Shown here: piece after piece, positions 37,633 through 47,932 of the stretch
How positions within the stretch are numbered: the first letter of the stretch is position 1
How the letters are laid out: every line of letters begins with the position of its first letter
From: Armatimonadota bacterium
GTDB taxonomy: Bacteria > Armatimonadota > UBA5829 > DSUL01
Direction of reading: 5' to 3'
DNA length: 64,000 nucleotides
Assembly (NCBI GenBank): GCA_039811685.1
Contig: JBDHZC010000002.1
Coordinates: forward strand, 288,001 to 352,000
Notes under the pieces: model-generated
Told to the model about the DNA's origin: nothing
Databases searched by the model: none
The model's input: only the letters and a program-made list of their open reading frames with translations
Made by a program: the position numbers and the translations under genes

Positions 37633-40308
37633 TTGAAAAGGAGATTTGTTGGAGCAATGACCGCAGCGCTCGTTACAGGCGCTGTTGTCGGAAGCGCAGG
37701 CGTCAGCTTTGCGCTGGGAACTGCAAATTTGGAGTGGTTCGCACAGCTCAATTTGCAGGGTGACACCGGCTCTTACGTGACAAGAGGCATGGACGTGGAT
37801 CAGACCAACGGTGACGTCTATGCGACCATCGAGATGGGGACGACGCGCCAGATCGTGAAGATCCCGTGGACCGGAAATCCCGGCGGGTCACTGGCGCCGG
37901 AGCAACTTACGCGCTTTGGTCCTAACTTCAAGGACAGCGGAGGCAATACGCAGCTCAGCCTCAGCGGCGGACTCTGGGGCGTCGCTATTGACCCGAAGAC
38001 CAAGAACATGTACGTGTCCTGCAGCATCGGCTCTCCCGCTGTGGGGGAAGTTCATGTTGTGAGTCCGTCAGGAGTCTGGCTGAGCAAGTTTGTCACAGAC
38101 GGCATTACAGCGCGTGGCTGCGCTTTCAGTGACGACGGAATGAAATTTGCGGTATCGTGGAACAAAGCTGCGCACCCTTATGATAGCGGCGCCAAGCTCT
38201 ACACTCGGAACCTCAATGGAACCCCCTCTGATTTCAGCGACGACACATGGGACTTCGCGGCTGACCTGGTGGGATTTGGCGATTACGCAGGGATTGGAGA
38301 CAACTACGAGTTTACGTCATCTCCGCGCGATGTCGCATTCGACCGAAACGGAGATGTACTCGTCTGCGGAGCGGACTACTGGATACTGCGCTACTCCGGA
38401 AGCGCGCCGTACAAACTCGCCGCACAGTACAACATCTCAGACAAGCGCGTCACCAGCCGCTACGCTGTGGACACAGACTCCCAGAACCGCATGTTTGTCG
38501 TAGCTAATACGGATGGAGACGGCGTGCGCCGCGTGTGGGCAGTGAACCGGGACAGCGTGCCCGAGCTGAAGTTTTCTACTGTCGATCTCGGCAGCAATAT
38601 TGATACCGGCTACAGCCTTGCCTACGACAGGCTGCATGACCGGGTGATTGTCACTGGCAAAGACTCCACAAGTCTCTATGCGGTGGCCGCAAGCTTCTCC
38701 TTTACCCTGGAGACTCCACAGCTCACACATATCACTGGCAGAATCACTGACGCTTCGACAGGCAACCCGATTGCGGGCGCGGGCGTTGGCTACATTGAGT
38801 ACAACCTGCCCAGCACTTATCTGACGCGGATATTCCGGGGCGCCAAGGAGTTCTCCGGTGTGACCAATGCCAATGGTGAGTATTCACTCGCAGTGCCCCC
38901 GCTTGACACCAGCGGCGCGGACATTCCTGAGGCGTGCATCGTCAGCGTCAACGCAAACGGTTATCTTTCGAAGCGCGTACACCTGCAACCTCTCGCTGGC
39001 GATACAGTTGTCAATGCGACGTTGAGCGCGATTGGATCGAACACCCTCACATGGAACAGCCTGGCGCCGATGCCTGGGGACACGACCGGCCGGTACAGAG
39101 TCGGTGAAGAGAGTGGCCTGTTCAACCAGTTCAACCGCTACGGCGGGCGCGTGACACCTATGCCCGACCCTAATGGCGGAGCTTTCAATGTTACGCAGAT
39201 TGGCGCCAGCAACAACACGAGTGTCTCGGGCCCCAGCGGCAACAATATGCGCAGCGCAGACCGGTCGCTGGACAACTATCTGAACTTCAATGTGGATGAC
39301 AACTGGCTCTACCGCGGGTCACCTACCGACACGGTCTGGATCACTGTTGAGTATCTGGACACCTCCACCGCCGCGGCGGGATGGGACGCGCTCGGTGTGC
39401 ATGGAGATTTCACCTTGCAGGATGCGTCACTGTGGGCAAGCCCTATCGGTGACATCTACAAGAGCGCTCCGCAGTCCAACAGCTACAAGACGCGCACTTT
39501 CAAAGCGACAAAGGTCAGCTTCGCAAATGCGATGGGTGACAGTCTGCTTGGTAAGTCCGACATTGATGCTGATTTCCGAGTCACTGCCTACAAGCAGTAT
39601 GACTATACGAACAATCTCTACCCGCCGGAAGTCGGTCCTGACTGGATCAAGAGCGTAAAAGTCTCCAAGACAGAGCCTGCGCCGGAAGCCGGAAGCTACA
39701 GCAGCATTGCAGCCGCCAAAGCGGCGTCCGGGGACGTGATTCTGAGCGGAAAGGTCATTACAGCTCAGTGGGGCGCCGATACACCAAACAAAATCCAGAA
39801 TGGCAACCGGCTGTACCTTGAAGAGCAGGATCGCAGCTCCGGTGTGCAGGTGAGGCTCTTCCAGCCCTGGACGTCACTGGATCTCCGCGTGAACCGCTTT
39901 GCCAAGATCTACGGATCGATGATGACGGACCCTGCAACGGGAGAAAAGTACATCCAGGCGAACTCCTGGAGTGACGACCCGTTCACACTTCCAGATCCGC
40001 TGATGGCGCTGTGGGCTAACGGACGAGACGCAAGCCGTGTGGATGTGGGACTGAGTATGACAGCCCACAAAGTGGCCATTGCAGGCACGGTGAGACAGGT
40101 TGACAGTGGATCCTTCACTGTCGATGACGGATCTGACATCGTCAAAGTGGTGATTGACCCGTCCCTGACCGTTATCTACCCCGGAGTGGGAGACGTGGTA
40201 TCGGTAGAAGGCATCGCCACACTTGAAGGCTCTTCGCCGGCCAACGCGGTTCGCATAGTCAAACCGTGGAGCGCCAGCAACATCGTTACAATCGTGGACA
40301 ACCCGTAA
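37633..40308 (+). CDS. Large secreted multidomain protein: beta-propeller, carboxypeptidase-regulatory-like domain, beta-sandwich and C-terminal tandem OB-like module
   Basis: TTG 37633 with GGAGG; signal peptide; RGMDVD/WGVAIDP/RDVAFD propeller repeats; ITGRITDASTGNPIAGA...TNANGEYSL; C-terminal YLEEQDRSSGVQV and GDVVSVEG. Confidence 0.8.
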   Translation: MKRRFVGAMTAALVTGAVVGSAGVSFALGTANLEWFAQLNLQGDTGSYVTRGMDVDQTNGDVYATIEMGTTRQIVKIPWTGNPGGSLAPEQLTRFGPNFKDSGGNTQLSLSGGLWGVAIDPKTKNMYVSCSIGSPAVGEVHVVSPSGVWLSKFVTDGITARGCAFSDDGMKFAVSWNKAAHPYDSGAKLYTRNLNGTPSDFSDDTWDFAADLVGFGDYAGIGDNYEFTSSPRDVAFDRNGDVLVCGADYWILRYSGSAPYKLAAQYNISDKRVTSRYAVDTDSQNRMFVVANTDGDGVRRVWAVNRDSVPELKFSTVDLGSNIDTGYSLAYDRLHDRVIVTGKDSTSLYAVAASFSFTLETPQLTHITGRITDASTGNPIAGAGVGYIEYNLPSTYLTRIFRGAKEFSGVTNANGEYSLAVPPLDTSGADIPEACIVSVNANGYLSKRVHLQPLAGDTVVNATLSAIGSNTLTWNSLAPMPGDTTGRYRVGEESGLFNQFNRYGGRVTPMPDPNGGAFNVTQIGASNNTSVSGPSGNNMRSADRSLDNYLNFNVDDNWLYRGSPTDTVWITVEYLDTSTAAAGWDALGVHGDFTLQDASLWASPIGDIYKSAPQSNSYKTRTFKATKVSFANAMGDSLLGKSDIDADFRVTAYKQYDYTNNLYPPEVGPDWIKSVKVSKTEPAPEAGSYSSIAAAKAASGDVILSGKVITAQWGADTPNKIQNGNRLYLEEQDRSSGVQVRLFQPWTSLDLRVNRFAKIYGSMMTDPATGEKYIQANSWSDDPFTLPDPLMALWANGRDASRVDVGLSMTAHKVAIAGTVRQVDSGSFTVDDGSDIVKVVIDPSLTVIYPGVGDVVSVEGIATLEGSSPANAVRIVKPWSASNIVTIVDNP

Positions 40309-40321
40309 ACGCCAGAGCAAA

Positions 40322-40361
40322 GGAGGGAGACACTGCGTGGCGGTGTCTCCCTCCACCTTTT
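40322..40361 (+). terminator. Intrinsic terminator
   Basis: GGAGGGAGACACTGC-gtg-GCGGTGTCTCCCTCC followed by ACCTTTT. Confidence 0.75.
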
Positions 40362-40614
40362 GCATTACGGAAGTAAAACACCAGGCCTTAGTTGAATTGC
40401 TACGAATAGACTGAAACGGGCACATTGACCTGAGTTTTTTGAATTTTGAGAACTCGACCAATGCAGATTGGAGTTCTATTGGCGACGTGGTGGACGCAGT
40501 GCGTGAAAGCTCACCCGTCGGAAGTTCTTCGGCAACAAAACTGGTGAGGTTATTGCGAAAATGATACGGTCAATCCAAAGTCGGATCGCCTCCACAGAAG
40601 GAGACGAACACACA

Positions 40615-41364
40615 GTGAGAAAGCAGTCAGGCTTTACCCTGATCGAGCTTCTGGTCGTCATTGCGATCATTGCCATTCTTGCGGCTATTCTCTTTCCAGT
40701 CTTTGCGATGGCCAGAAACAAGGCCAAAGAAACCCGCTGCATCAACAATCTCAAACAGATTGGTCTGGCAATGGGGATGTACACGGACGACTACAAAGGT
40801 AAGTATCCGGATGCGCCCGGATGCCAGCCCTACGTCGGTACTCCGCCGCTTGGAGTACAACTTGAATCCTACTCCACTGAGGCCTCTGGAAACGCATCCA
40901 TCGCAGGTCTGATTGTGCTTCTTGGACCCTATACAAAGAACGACCAGATATTCACCTGTCCGCTCGGTGCGAAAAGAGCGCTAAACCAGGCTAAGTGCTC
41001 TTATCCCGGGAAGGGCAACGGCACTATCGTGGGCTGGGTCAAGAACTCCAGTGGGCAGTGGGTGTCCAGCAACTACGTGTCTTACGCGCTGCAGGTTGGC
41101 AAGAACGCTGACGGGACAGTCGGCCTGGGGTATGTGCGCGGTTGGACTCCAGAGCAGGCAATGGATGCGTGGGGACAGCTTTATACCCCGCCAAATGGAC
41201 AGATGTGGCTGCAGGGCCATCACCAGCCCCTGTGGAACAACCGCTTCATTTACGATGGGTACTTGCCGGGCAGCTCCTGGCACGCACATCGCGGCGGAAT
41301 GACGATCCTGTATTTTGACCTGCACGTGAAATACGTTAAGGACTACAGACCAGAGCCGGGTTAA
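40615..41364 (+). CDS. Prepilin-type N-terminal cleavage/methylation protein (DUF1559 type), copy 1
   Basis: GTG with AAGGAG RBS; G^[39 protein letters not shown]-terminal H-X9-DL. Confidence 0.92.
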   Translation: MRKQSGFTLIELLVVIAIIAILAAILFPVFAMARNKAKETRCINNLKQIGLAMGMYTDDYKGKYPDAPGCQPYVGTPPLGVQLESYSTEASGNASIAGLIVLLGPYTKNDQIFTCPLGAKRALNQAKCSYPGKGNGTIVGWVKNSSGQWVSSNYVSYALQVGKNADGTVGLGYVRGWTPEQAMDAWGQLYTPPNGQMWLQGHHQPLWNNRFIYDGYLPGSSWHAHRGGMTILYFDLHVKYVKDYRPEPG

Positions 41365-41473
41365 AGGCCGCTAAGAGTGCCAGCTGCGCGATGACGAACA
41401 GTACAGTGCGTCGGCGTTTTCTTTTTCACGTACCGCAAAGGCACGGAAACTGTCGGAATGGAAAGGTAATGTT

Positions 41474-42355
41474 GTGAGGATGGTTCGTTTGACTCAAGGT
41501 TGGACTTCGTCACGAAGACGGACTCTATCTGCGGCGCGTGAGTTTGACGTGCCCTCTGAGCTTCGCCCGGGCGACGGTGTCACCAGAAAGCCTTCAGCAA
41601 GTCTGCCAGAGACCACTGCCGGGTTCACCCTTATAGAGCTTCTGGTCGTCATCGCGATTATTGCGATTCTGGCGGCCATTCTCTTCCCCGTCTTCGTAAC
41701 AGCAAGAAACAAAGCCAAAGAGAGCCAGTGCATCAACAATCTGAAGCAGATTGGCACCGCAATGGCGCTGTACACAGACGACTACAAGGGCAAGTATCCG
41801 GACGCGCCAGGCTGCCAGCCGTTCGTTGGCACGCCGCCACTTGGCACACAGCAGGAGACCTACTCGACGTACGCATCCGGCAACGTTACGGTCGCGGGGT
41901 TGATCGTCCTGCTGAATCCCTACACCAAGAACGACCGCATTTTTACCTGCCCTCTCGGCGCGAAAAGAACATTGAACCAGGCGAAATGCTCTTTTCCAGG
42001 CAATGGGAATCCAGGGATTGTAGGCTGGGTCAAGAACACCAGTGGCCAGTGGGTCTCCAGCAACTATGTGTCCTACCCGCTGCAGATGGGCAAGAACGCC
42101 GACGGCTCCCCCGGACTGGAATATGTGCGCGGCTGGACGCAGGAGCAGGCGATAGACGCCTGGGGCAATGTATTCTCGCCACCCGATGGCGCTATGTGGC
42201 TAAAGGGCTACCACCAGCCAGAGTGGAACAACCGCTTCATTCAGGATGGATATCTGGTGAGTCAGTCGTGGCGGCCGCACCGCAACGCAACAGTCATCCT
42301 GTTCTACGATTTGCACGTCAAGTACGTGAAAGACTACAGGCCTGAAGGGAGCTAG
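41474..42355 (+). CDS. Prepilin-type DUF1559 protein, copy 2 (start uncertain)
   Basis: Same motifs; colinear with copy 1. Confidence 0.9.
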   Translation: MRMVRLTQGWTSSRRRTLSAAREFDVPSELRPGDGVTRKPSASLPETTAGFTLIELLVVIAIIAILAAILFPVFVTARNKAKESQCINNLKQIGTAMALYTDDYKGKYPDAPGCQPFVGTPPLGTQQETYSTYASGNVTVAGLIVLLNPYTKNDRIFTCPLGAKRTLNQAKCSFPGNGNPGIVGWVKNTSGQWVSSNYVSYPLQMGKNADGSPGLEYVRGWTQEQAIDAWGNVFSPPDGAMWLKGYHQPEWNNRFIQDGYLVSQSWRPHRNATVILFYDLHVKYVKDYRPEGS

Positions 42356-42392
42356 ACTAAGAATCGAATCAGGCTTGAATAGTTGTGCCGGA

Positions 42393-43151
42393 ATGAGTCT
42401 GCGAGTGGATAGATCACGAGCTGGGTTTACTCTTATAGAGTTGCTGGTTGTCATCGCGATTATTGCTATTCTGGCAGCCATTCTCTTTCCAGTGTTTGCG
42501 CGGGCCAAGGCAAAAGCCCTGGAGTCGTCCTGCCTGTCCAATCTGAAGCAGATTGGCACAGCGATGGAGATGTATACTCAGGACAGCAAGGACAAATACC
42601 CGCCGTACATGGCCTATCGCGGCAAACCCGCAAACCAGCTCAAGCTCGGTGAGCTCGACTCTGCGCCCTATAGCGTTGCGGGACTCATTCCTGTTCTCCA
42701 GCCCTACACCAAGGACGCGCGCATCTGGATGTGTCCCGCCGGGGCCAAACGCGACAGGAACAAAAACCCGGCGCCTGGCACCTATCCCAAAGCTATCGTT
42801 GGATGGGTGCGAATGGAAGATGGCAGCTATGCCAGCACCAACTACATATCCTTTCCGCTGAACCCAACGGGCACAGCACCGGGTGTTGATTATCCTCAGG
42901 AGCAATCAGACAACAGCGCTCTTGGACGCACCGCAGCGCAGTGTATGGATATGATGGGTGGCTTCTTCTCACCAGGCGGCCGGATGTACGATGAATACCC
43001 GAACCCGAAGTGGAACAACCGCTTTATTCAGGATGGATACACAAAGCACTACGGACCCAGCAAAGATGGAGTCTGGCAACCTCACAGCGAGTCCAACGTT
43101 ATCCTCTATTTCGACTGCCACGCCGCGATTGTAAGAGATCCGAGAGCTTAG
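42393..43151 (+). CDS. Prepilin-type DUF1559 protein, copy 3
   Basis: G^FTLIELLVV..., [26 protein letters not shown]9-DC. Confidence 0.9.
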   Translation: MSLRVDRSRAGFTLIELLVVIAIIAILAAILFPVFARAKAKALESSCLSNLKQIGTAMEMYTQDSKDKYPPYMAYRGKPANQLKLGELDSAPYSVAGLIPVLQPYTKDARIWMCPAGAKRDRNKNPAPGTYPKAIVGWVRMEDGSYASTNYISFPLNPTGTAPGVDYPQEQSDNSALGRTAAQCMDMMGGFFSPGGRMYDEYPNPKWNNRFIQDGYTKHYGPSKDGVWQPHSESNVILYFDCHAAIVRDPRA

Positions 43152-43238
43152 CGCAGGAAACAACGCCTCGCGGACGACACGCCCGGCTCCACATCGCGCA
43201 GCATGTACGCGGGTGTGAAAGCTGGCAGAAGTGGCGCT

Positions 43239-44276
43239 TTACAGAGACCTGAGCGCAGGCGCTGTGGACCCGCGAATGATCAGCTCCCCGGGGATAAGAA
43301 TAACTTCGGGCGGGGCGGCCGGGTCGCGCCGCCGCCGAACGATCAGATCAAGCGCCTGCGTTGCGACGCGGTCCGGTGAGAGGGCGAAGGTTGTGATAGG
43401 AGGCTGCCAGTACGCGGACTCCGGAAAAGCGCCGTAGCCAACAATGGAGATGTCTTCCGGGCAACGCCGGCCACACTCGCGCGCCGCGGTAATAGCGCCG
43501 ATGGCCATGGGGTCGTTTATGCAGAAGATCGCCGTGGTCTCAGGCTGCTTCTCCAGCAGAAGCGGCAGCGCATGGTACCCGGCGTCAAACCCAAACTCGG
43601 AAACGCTCTCAATGTCTTCATCCGTGACAGACAGGCCTGCCGACTCAAGAGCCCTCCTGCAACCGGCCAGCTTGCTCATAGAAGTCTTTGCGCGGGAGGC
43701 AAAATCTCCAATGAACCCGATGTGGCGATGCCCCAGGCTCAGTAAGTACGACGCAATCTGAAAACCTGCGTCTTCCCTGTCGGTCGCCACAAGGGATATG
43801 CCTTCAGGGCTGCCTGGCAACAGGTCCACTACGGGCAGACCTTCGGAGGCGAGCTGCGCCAGGGAGCTGTCACTCATAGCCGGAGAATCCCACAATACAA
43901 GAATGCCGCCAGTGTTGTGCAGCATTCTCCGCCGGAGGAATGCGTCCGCATCGTGATCTGTATCCGCAACATGCACGGTGGCCTCAAGTTCGCGGTCCGC
44001 GGCCGCGCGGCTGATGGCCATAGCCGTAGCGGCGTGGGAGATCGCCAGATTCCACGTGACTACCAGGACCGTGACCTGATTCGTGTAGCCGCGCTTCAGA
44101 TCCCGACCGACAGAGTTGAACTTGTAGCCAAGCTTGTGGACGGCGCTCCAGACACGGGCTTTGGTCTCGTCGGAGATGCGCTCAGCGTGCCAGTTGTTAT
44201 TCAGAATATACGAGACAGTCGCGTGAGAGACTTTGGCTTCTCGCGCAACATCCTTGATGGTTGGCCTGGGCGCCAT
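43239..44276 (-). CDS. LacI-family transcriptional regulator
   Basis: PTIKDVAREAKVSHATVSYILN HTH; LGHRHIGFI, TAIFCIND..AIG, PEDISIVGY, LIIRGST; ATG 44276. Confidence 0.95.
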   Translation of the reverse strand: MAPRPTIKDVAREAKVSHATVSYILNNNWHAERISDETKARVWSAVHKLGYKFNSVGRDLKRGYTNQVTVLVVTWNLAISHAATAMAISRAAADRELEATVHVADTDHDADAFLRRRMLHNTGGILVLWDSPAMSDSSLAQLASEGLPVVDLLPGSPEGISLVATDREDAGFQIASYLLSLGHRHIGFIGDFASRAKTSMSKLAGCRRALESAGLSVTDEDIESVSEFGFDAGYHALPLLLEKQPETTAIFCINDPMAIGAITAARECGRRCPEDISIVGYGAFPESAYWQPPITTFALSPDRVATQALDLIVRRRRDPAAPPEVILIPGELIIRGSTAPALRSL

Positions 44277-44628
44277 AGAATCCTCCGAGACCTGCGTTGC
44301 CGGGACGAAGTGCGATGGAATACCGCCACTTTCGAATGCTGGAGCAGCAGATGACCTGTCCACAGCCGCTGTCTGTTTTCCCGATTACGCGCAGAATGAG
44401 TCCATTTTTCGGGAAAGTACGCCAGAGAGTGAGACAGCGCTCTGCAGCCGGCTGCAGGTAGTCTCTTCTTCTGGCCTGCCAATTATTCCTGCTACCAGAA
44501 GAAAGCAGGCCAGAGGCTCGGACATGGAATGACTGCATGAGTGCACCAGCACATCACGTGCGTCCCGGCGGGCCGCCAGGGCAACTGGTATGGCCCGCAC
44601 CGCCTATGCTAGAATACCTGCTACGCCT

Positions 44629-46116
44629 GTGACAAAGTATGTACCCGACAAACCTGAATTTATTGAGCGCGCGCGCCGTGGGAATCTGATCCCGGTTTAT
44701 CGCGAGATTCTAGCAGACATGGAGACCCCGGTCTCGGCTTTCCGCAAAGTTGGGCCCGGACACGCCTCTTTTCTGCTGGAGTCTGTGGAAGGCGGCGAGC
44801 GAATCGCGCGTTACTCCTTCATCGGAAGCGATCCCTTCTGCATCCTCAAGACTAAGGGGAAAGAAGCTTTCATCACAGAAGATGGCATCGAGCGGCAGGT
44901 GGGAATGGGAGCAGGTAGTGATCCACTGCACCTGCTCAAGGACCTTCTCAGCAGATATACGTGGGTTGGCGGAGAAGAGCTGCCCCCTTTCAGTGGGGGA
45001 GCAGTCGGCTATATCGGCTACGACACTATCCGTTTCTTTGAAGACATTCCGGATACAGTAACAGACGATCAGCGGTTCTACGACTGTGTATTTCTACTCA
45101 CGGATTCTCTGTTGATTTTCGACCACGTCCAGCACCGGCTGAAGGTACTGGTCAATGCGCGAGTAGATGGAGACCCTGAAGAAGCCTACGCGAGAGCGAC
45201 TGCGAAGATTGAGGAGATTATCGCCCTGCTGAAGCGTCCCGCGCCGCTTTCGGATTCAACTTCAGGTTCACAGCGAGACATTCAGATGACCCCGAATGTG
45301 CCCAGACACGAGTTTGAGGCGGCAGTCGAGCGTTGCAAGGAGTACATCAGGGCGGGGGACGTCATTCAGGTGGTGTTGTCTCAGCGGTTGTCGGCGCCAG
45401 TTAAGGCGCACCCCTTCGACATTTATCGCGCCCTGCGTTCTCTCAACCCCTCGCCTTACATGTATTATCTGTCGCTGGGTGATATGGACATCGTTGGGAG
45501 CTCCCCGGAAATTCTGGTGCGTGAGCAGCAGGGCACGGTCACTGTGCGCCCGATTGCCGGAACGCGCCCGCGCGGCCGCAGCACGGAAGAAGACCACGCC
45601 CTGGAGACAGAGTTGCTGGCGGATGAGAAAGAGCTCGCTGAGCATATCATGCTCGTTGATCTCGGGCGCAACGACATTGGGCGAGTGTGTCACTTCGGCA
45701 GCGTACAGGTTGACAATCTGATGACGATTGAGCGCTACTCTCACGTTATGCATATTGTCAGCAATGTCATTGGGCAGCTCCGATCCAGCAATGACAGCTT
45801 TGATGTTCTGCGCGCCACGTTCCCTGCGGGTACGGTGTCCGGAGCGCCAAAAATCCGTGCGATGGAGATCATAGACGAACTCGAAACTACGCGGCGCGGC
45901 CCCTACGCGGGCGCGCTGGGGTACATCAGCTTTTCGGGTGATATGGACATGGCCATTACAATCCGAACAATATTAATCAAAGACGGTGTGGCTACTGTCC
46001 AGGCTGGCGCGGGTATCGTGGCGGACTCCGTGCCGGAGCGCGAACATCAGGAATGCATGAACAAAGCTCGTGCGCTTCTAAGAGCGCTGGAGGTGGCGGA
46101 AGCGGGACTGGAATAG
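44629..46116 (+). CDS. trpE: Anthranilate synthase component I
   Basis: FLLESVEGGERIARYSFIG, NPSPYM, RPIAGTRPRG, EHIMLVDLGRND, PAGTVSGAPK. Confidence 0.96.
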   Translation: MTKYVPDKPEFIERARRGNLIPVYREILADMETPVSAFRKVGPGHASFLLESVEGGERIARYSFIGSDPFCILKTKGKEAFITEDGIERQVGMGAGSDPLHLLKDLLSRYTWVGGEELPPFSGGAVGYIGYDTIRFFEDIPDTVTDDQRFYDCVFLLTDSLLIFDHVQHRLKVLVNARVDGDPEEAYARATAKIEEIIALLKRPAPLSDSTSGSQRDIQMTPNVPRHEFEAAVERCKEYIRAGDVIQVVLSQRLSAPVKAHPFDIYRALRSLNPSPYMYYLSLGDMDIVGSSPEILVREQQGTVTVRPIAGTRPRGRSTEEDHALETELLADEKELAEHIMLVDLGRNDIGRVCHFGSVQVDNLMTIERYSHVMHIVSNVIGQLRSSNDSFDVLRATFPAGTVSGAPKIRAMEIIDELETTRRGPYAGALGYISFSGDMDMAITIRTILIKDGVATVQAGAGIVADSVPEREHQECMNKARALLRALEVAEAGLE

Positions 46117-46246
46117 ACGCCTCTCTGAGCAGGCGCTGCCCCGAGCATCTCAGCGGCGCGCAGGGCGTGACGGGCTGCCAGACTTTCACATTCAGCAAAC
46201 CTGACTCATCCGGAGCAGGCTCGACAAACTCCGCGGACTGACAACA

Positions 46247-46834
46247 ATGATACTTGTCATCGACAACTACGACAGCTTCACATACAACCTCGTGCAGTAT
46301 CTCGGCGAAATGGGCGAACAGCTTGTTGTCAAGCGCAACGACGAGATTGGCGTGGCGGACATTCACGATCTGAAGCCGGACCGAATCGTCATCTCGCCCG
46401 GGCCCTGTACGCCGAAGGAGGCTGGCATATCCGTGGACACGGTTCAAGAGTTTGCCGGGAAGATTCCGCTGCTGGGAGTGTGTCTGGGTCATCAGTCCAT
46501 CGGGGCTGCTTTCGGTGCGCAGATCGTCCGGGCGGCCAGGCCAATGCACGGGAAAACATCTCTGATCTATCACGACGGAAAGGGGCTGTTCAAGTCTCTG
46601 GACAACCCTTTCGTAGCGACGCGCTACCATTCTCTGATCATTCAGCGTGACAGCCTGCCGGACTGCCTGACCGTAAGCGCCTGGACGGAAGAAGGCGAGA
46701 TCATGGGGCTGCGGCACAAGACGCTGCAACTGGAAGGCGTGCAGTTTCATCCGGAGTCTATCCTCACGCGCGACGGAAAGACCTTGCTGCGCAACTTTGT
46801 TACGGGTGAGTGGGCGCCTGAGGAAGCCGCTTAG
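46247..46834 (+). CDS. trpG: Anthranilate synthase component II (glutamine amidotransferase)
   Basis: [31 protein letters not shown]. Confidence 0.95.
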   Translation: MILVIDNYDSFTYNLVQYLGEMGEQLVVKRNDEIGVADIHDLKPDRIVISPGPCTPKEAGISVDTVQEFAGKIPLLGVCLGHQSIGAAFGAQIVRAARPMHGKTSLIYHDGKGLFKSLDNPFVATRYHSLIIQRDSLPDCLTVSAWTEEGEIMGLRHKTLQLEGVQFHPESILTRDGKTLLRNFVTGEWAPEEAA

Positions 46835-46862
46835 TGCGCACTCTGAAACGGAATCTCCGCCA

Positions 46863-47891
46863 ATGGTGACCGAAGCCATAAAGAAAGTGCTCTCCCGGGA
46901 GAACCTCACAGAGCGGGAATCGGCGGCTGTGATGGCTTCGATTATGGAGGGCGAAGTCTCACCGGCGCAGTTCGGCGCTCTGGTCGTAGGTTTGAGGATG
47001 AAGGGGGAGACGAGTGAGGAGATCACCGGTTTCGCCCGAGCCATGCGTGAGAAATCCATCAAAGTCCGCACGAATCGCCCGATCGTCGTAGATACGTGCG
47101 GCACAGGTGGCGACCGGCTGAACACTTTTAACATCTCCACAACTGCGGCCTTCATTGTCGCCGGAGCAGGCGCGGCGGTGGCCAAGCACGGCAACCGCGC
47201 CGCCAGCAGCAAGTGCGGCAGCGCTGACGTTCTTGAAGCTCTCGGTGTTAACATTTCGCTCTCAGCGGAACAGGTAGGCAGCCTCATTGACGAGGTGGGT
47301 ATCGGATTTCTCTTCGCCGCCTCACTGCATCCCGCTATGAAGCATGCCGCGATTCCACGCCGTGAGATTGGCGTTCGCACAGTGTTCAACATACTTGGCC
47401 CCCTCACAAATCCCGCCGGAGCGAGGAGGCAGGTGCTGGGAGTCTTTGAGGACTGGGGATGTGAGCTGCTGGCGGGAGCGCTGGCAAGGCTCGGCAGTGA
47501 ACGGGCAATGGTCGTTCACGGTCTGCGGGGGATTGATGAGCTGGCGACATTTGGCGAAACGCACGTGTGTGAGGTGAGGGACGCAGAGGTGAGCCAGTGG
47601 GTGTTCCGGCCGCAGGACGTCGGACTGAGGGCGTGCAGTCCAGAAGATATCGCTGGCGGAGAAGCAGCCCACAACGCGGAGGTCTTTATGCAGGTATTGT
47701 CCGGCGGGGCGCCTCGCGCGCGTGAAATAGCAGCTCTCAACGCTGGCGCGGCACTCTTTGTGTCCGGCCTGGCGGAGTCTTTGCAGCACGGACTGGAATT
47801 AGCGGATGCCACCATTGCGGAAGGCGCGGCGCTGGACGTTTTCCGGCGCTACAAAGACAGGTCACAGGCTCTTGGAGCGCAGCAGACGTAG
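46863..47891 (+). CDS. trpD: Anthranilate phosphoribosyltransferase
   Basis: DTCGTGGD..TFNIST, AKHGNR..SSKCGSADVLEALG, RTVFNILGPLTNP. Confidence 0.96.
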   Translation: MVTEAIKKVLSRENLTERESAAVMASIMEGEVSPAQFGALVVGLRMKGETSEEITGFARAMREKSIKVRTNRPIVVDTCGTGGDRLNTFNISTTAAFIVAGAGAAVAKHGNRAASSKCGSADVLEALGVNISLSAEQVGSLIDEVGIGFLFAASLHPAMKHAAIPRREIGVRTVFNILGPLTNPAGARRQVLGVFEDWGCELLAGALARLGSERAMVVHGLRGIDELATFGETHVCEVRDAEVSQWVFRPQDVGLRACSPEDIAGGEAAHNAEVFMQVLSGGAPRAREIAALNAGAALFVSGLAESLQHGLELADATIAEGAALDVFRRYKDRSQALGAQQT

Positions 47892-47932
47892 CGAATGTGC
47901 CCCGCAAACCGGGCACACTCCCTGATAAAATC

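Noticed and set aside
40615..42355. Diversity-generating retroelement or gene-conversion cassette explanation for the near-duplicate pilin genes
   Set aside because: No reverse transcriptase or recombinase in the window; differences are spread over synonymous sites and are not adenine-specific
44363..44628. Possible trp attenuator or T-box (overlapping inverted repeats at about 44466-44514)
   Set aside because: No Trp-codon leader peptide, T-box sequence or U-tailed terminator; a TG-TAGAAT -10 element lies only about 13 nt before the likely trpE start, downstream of the repeats
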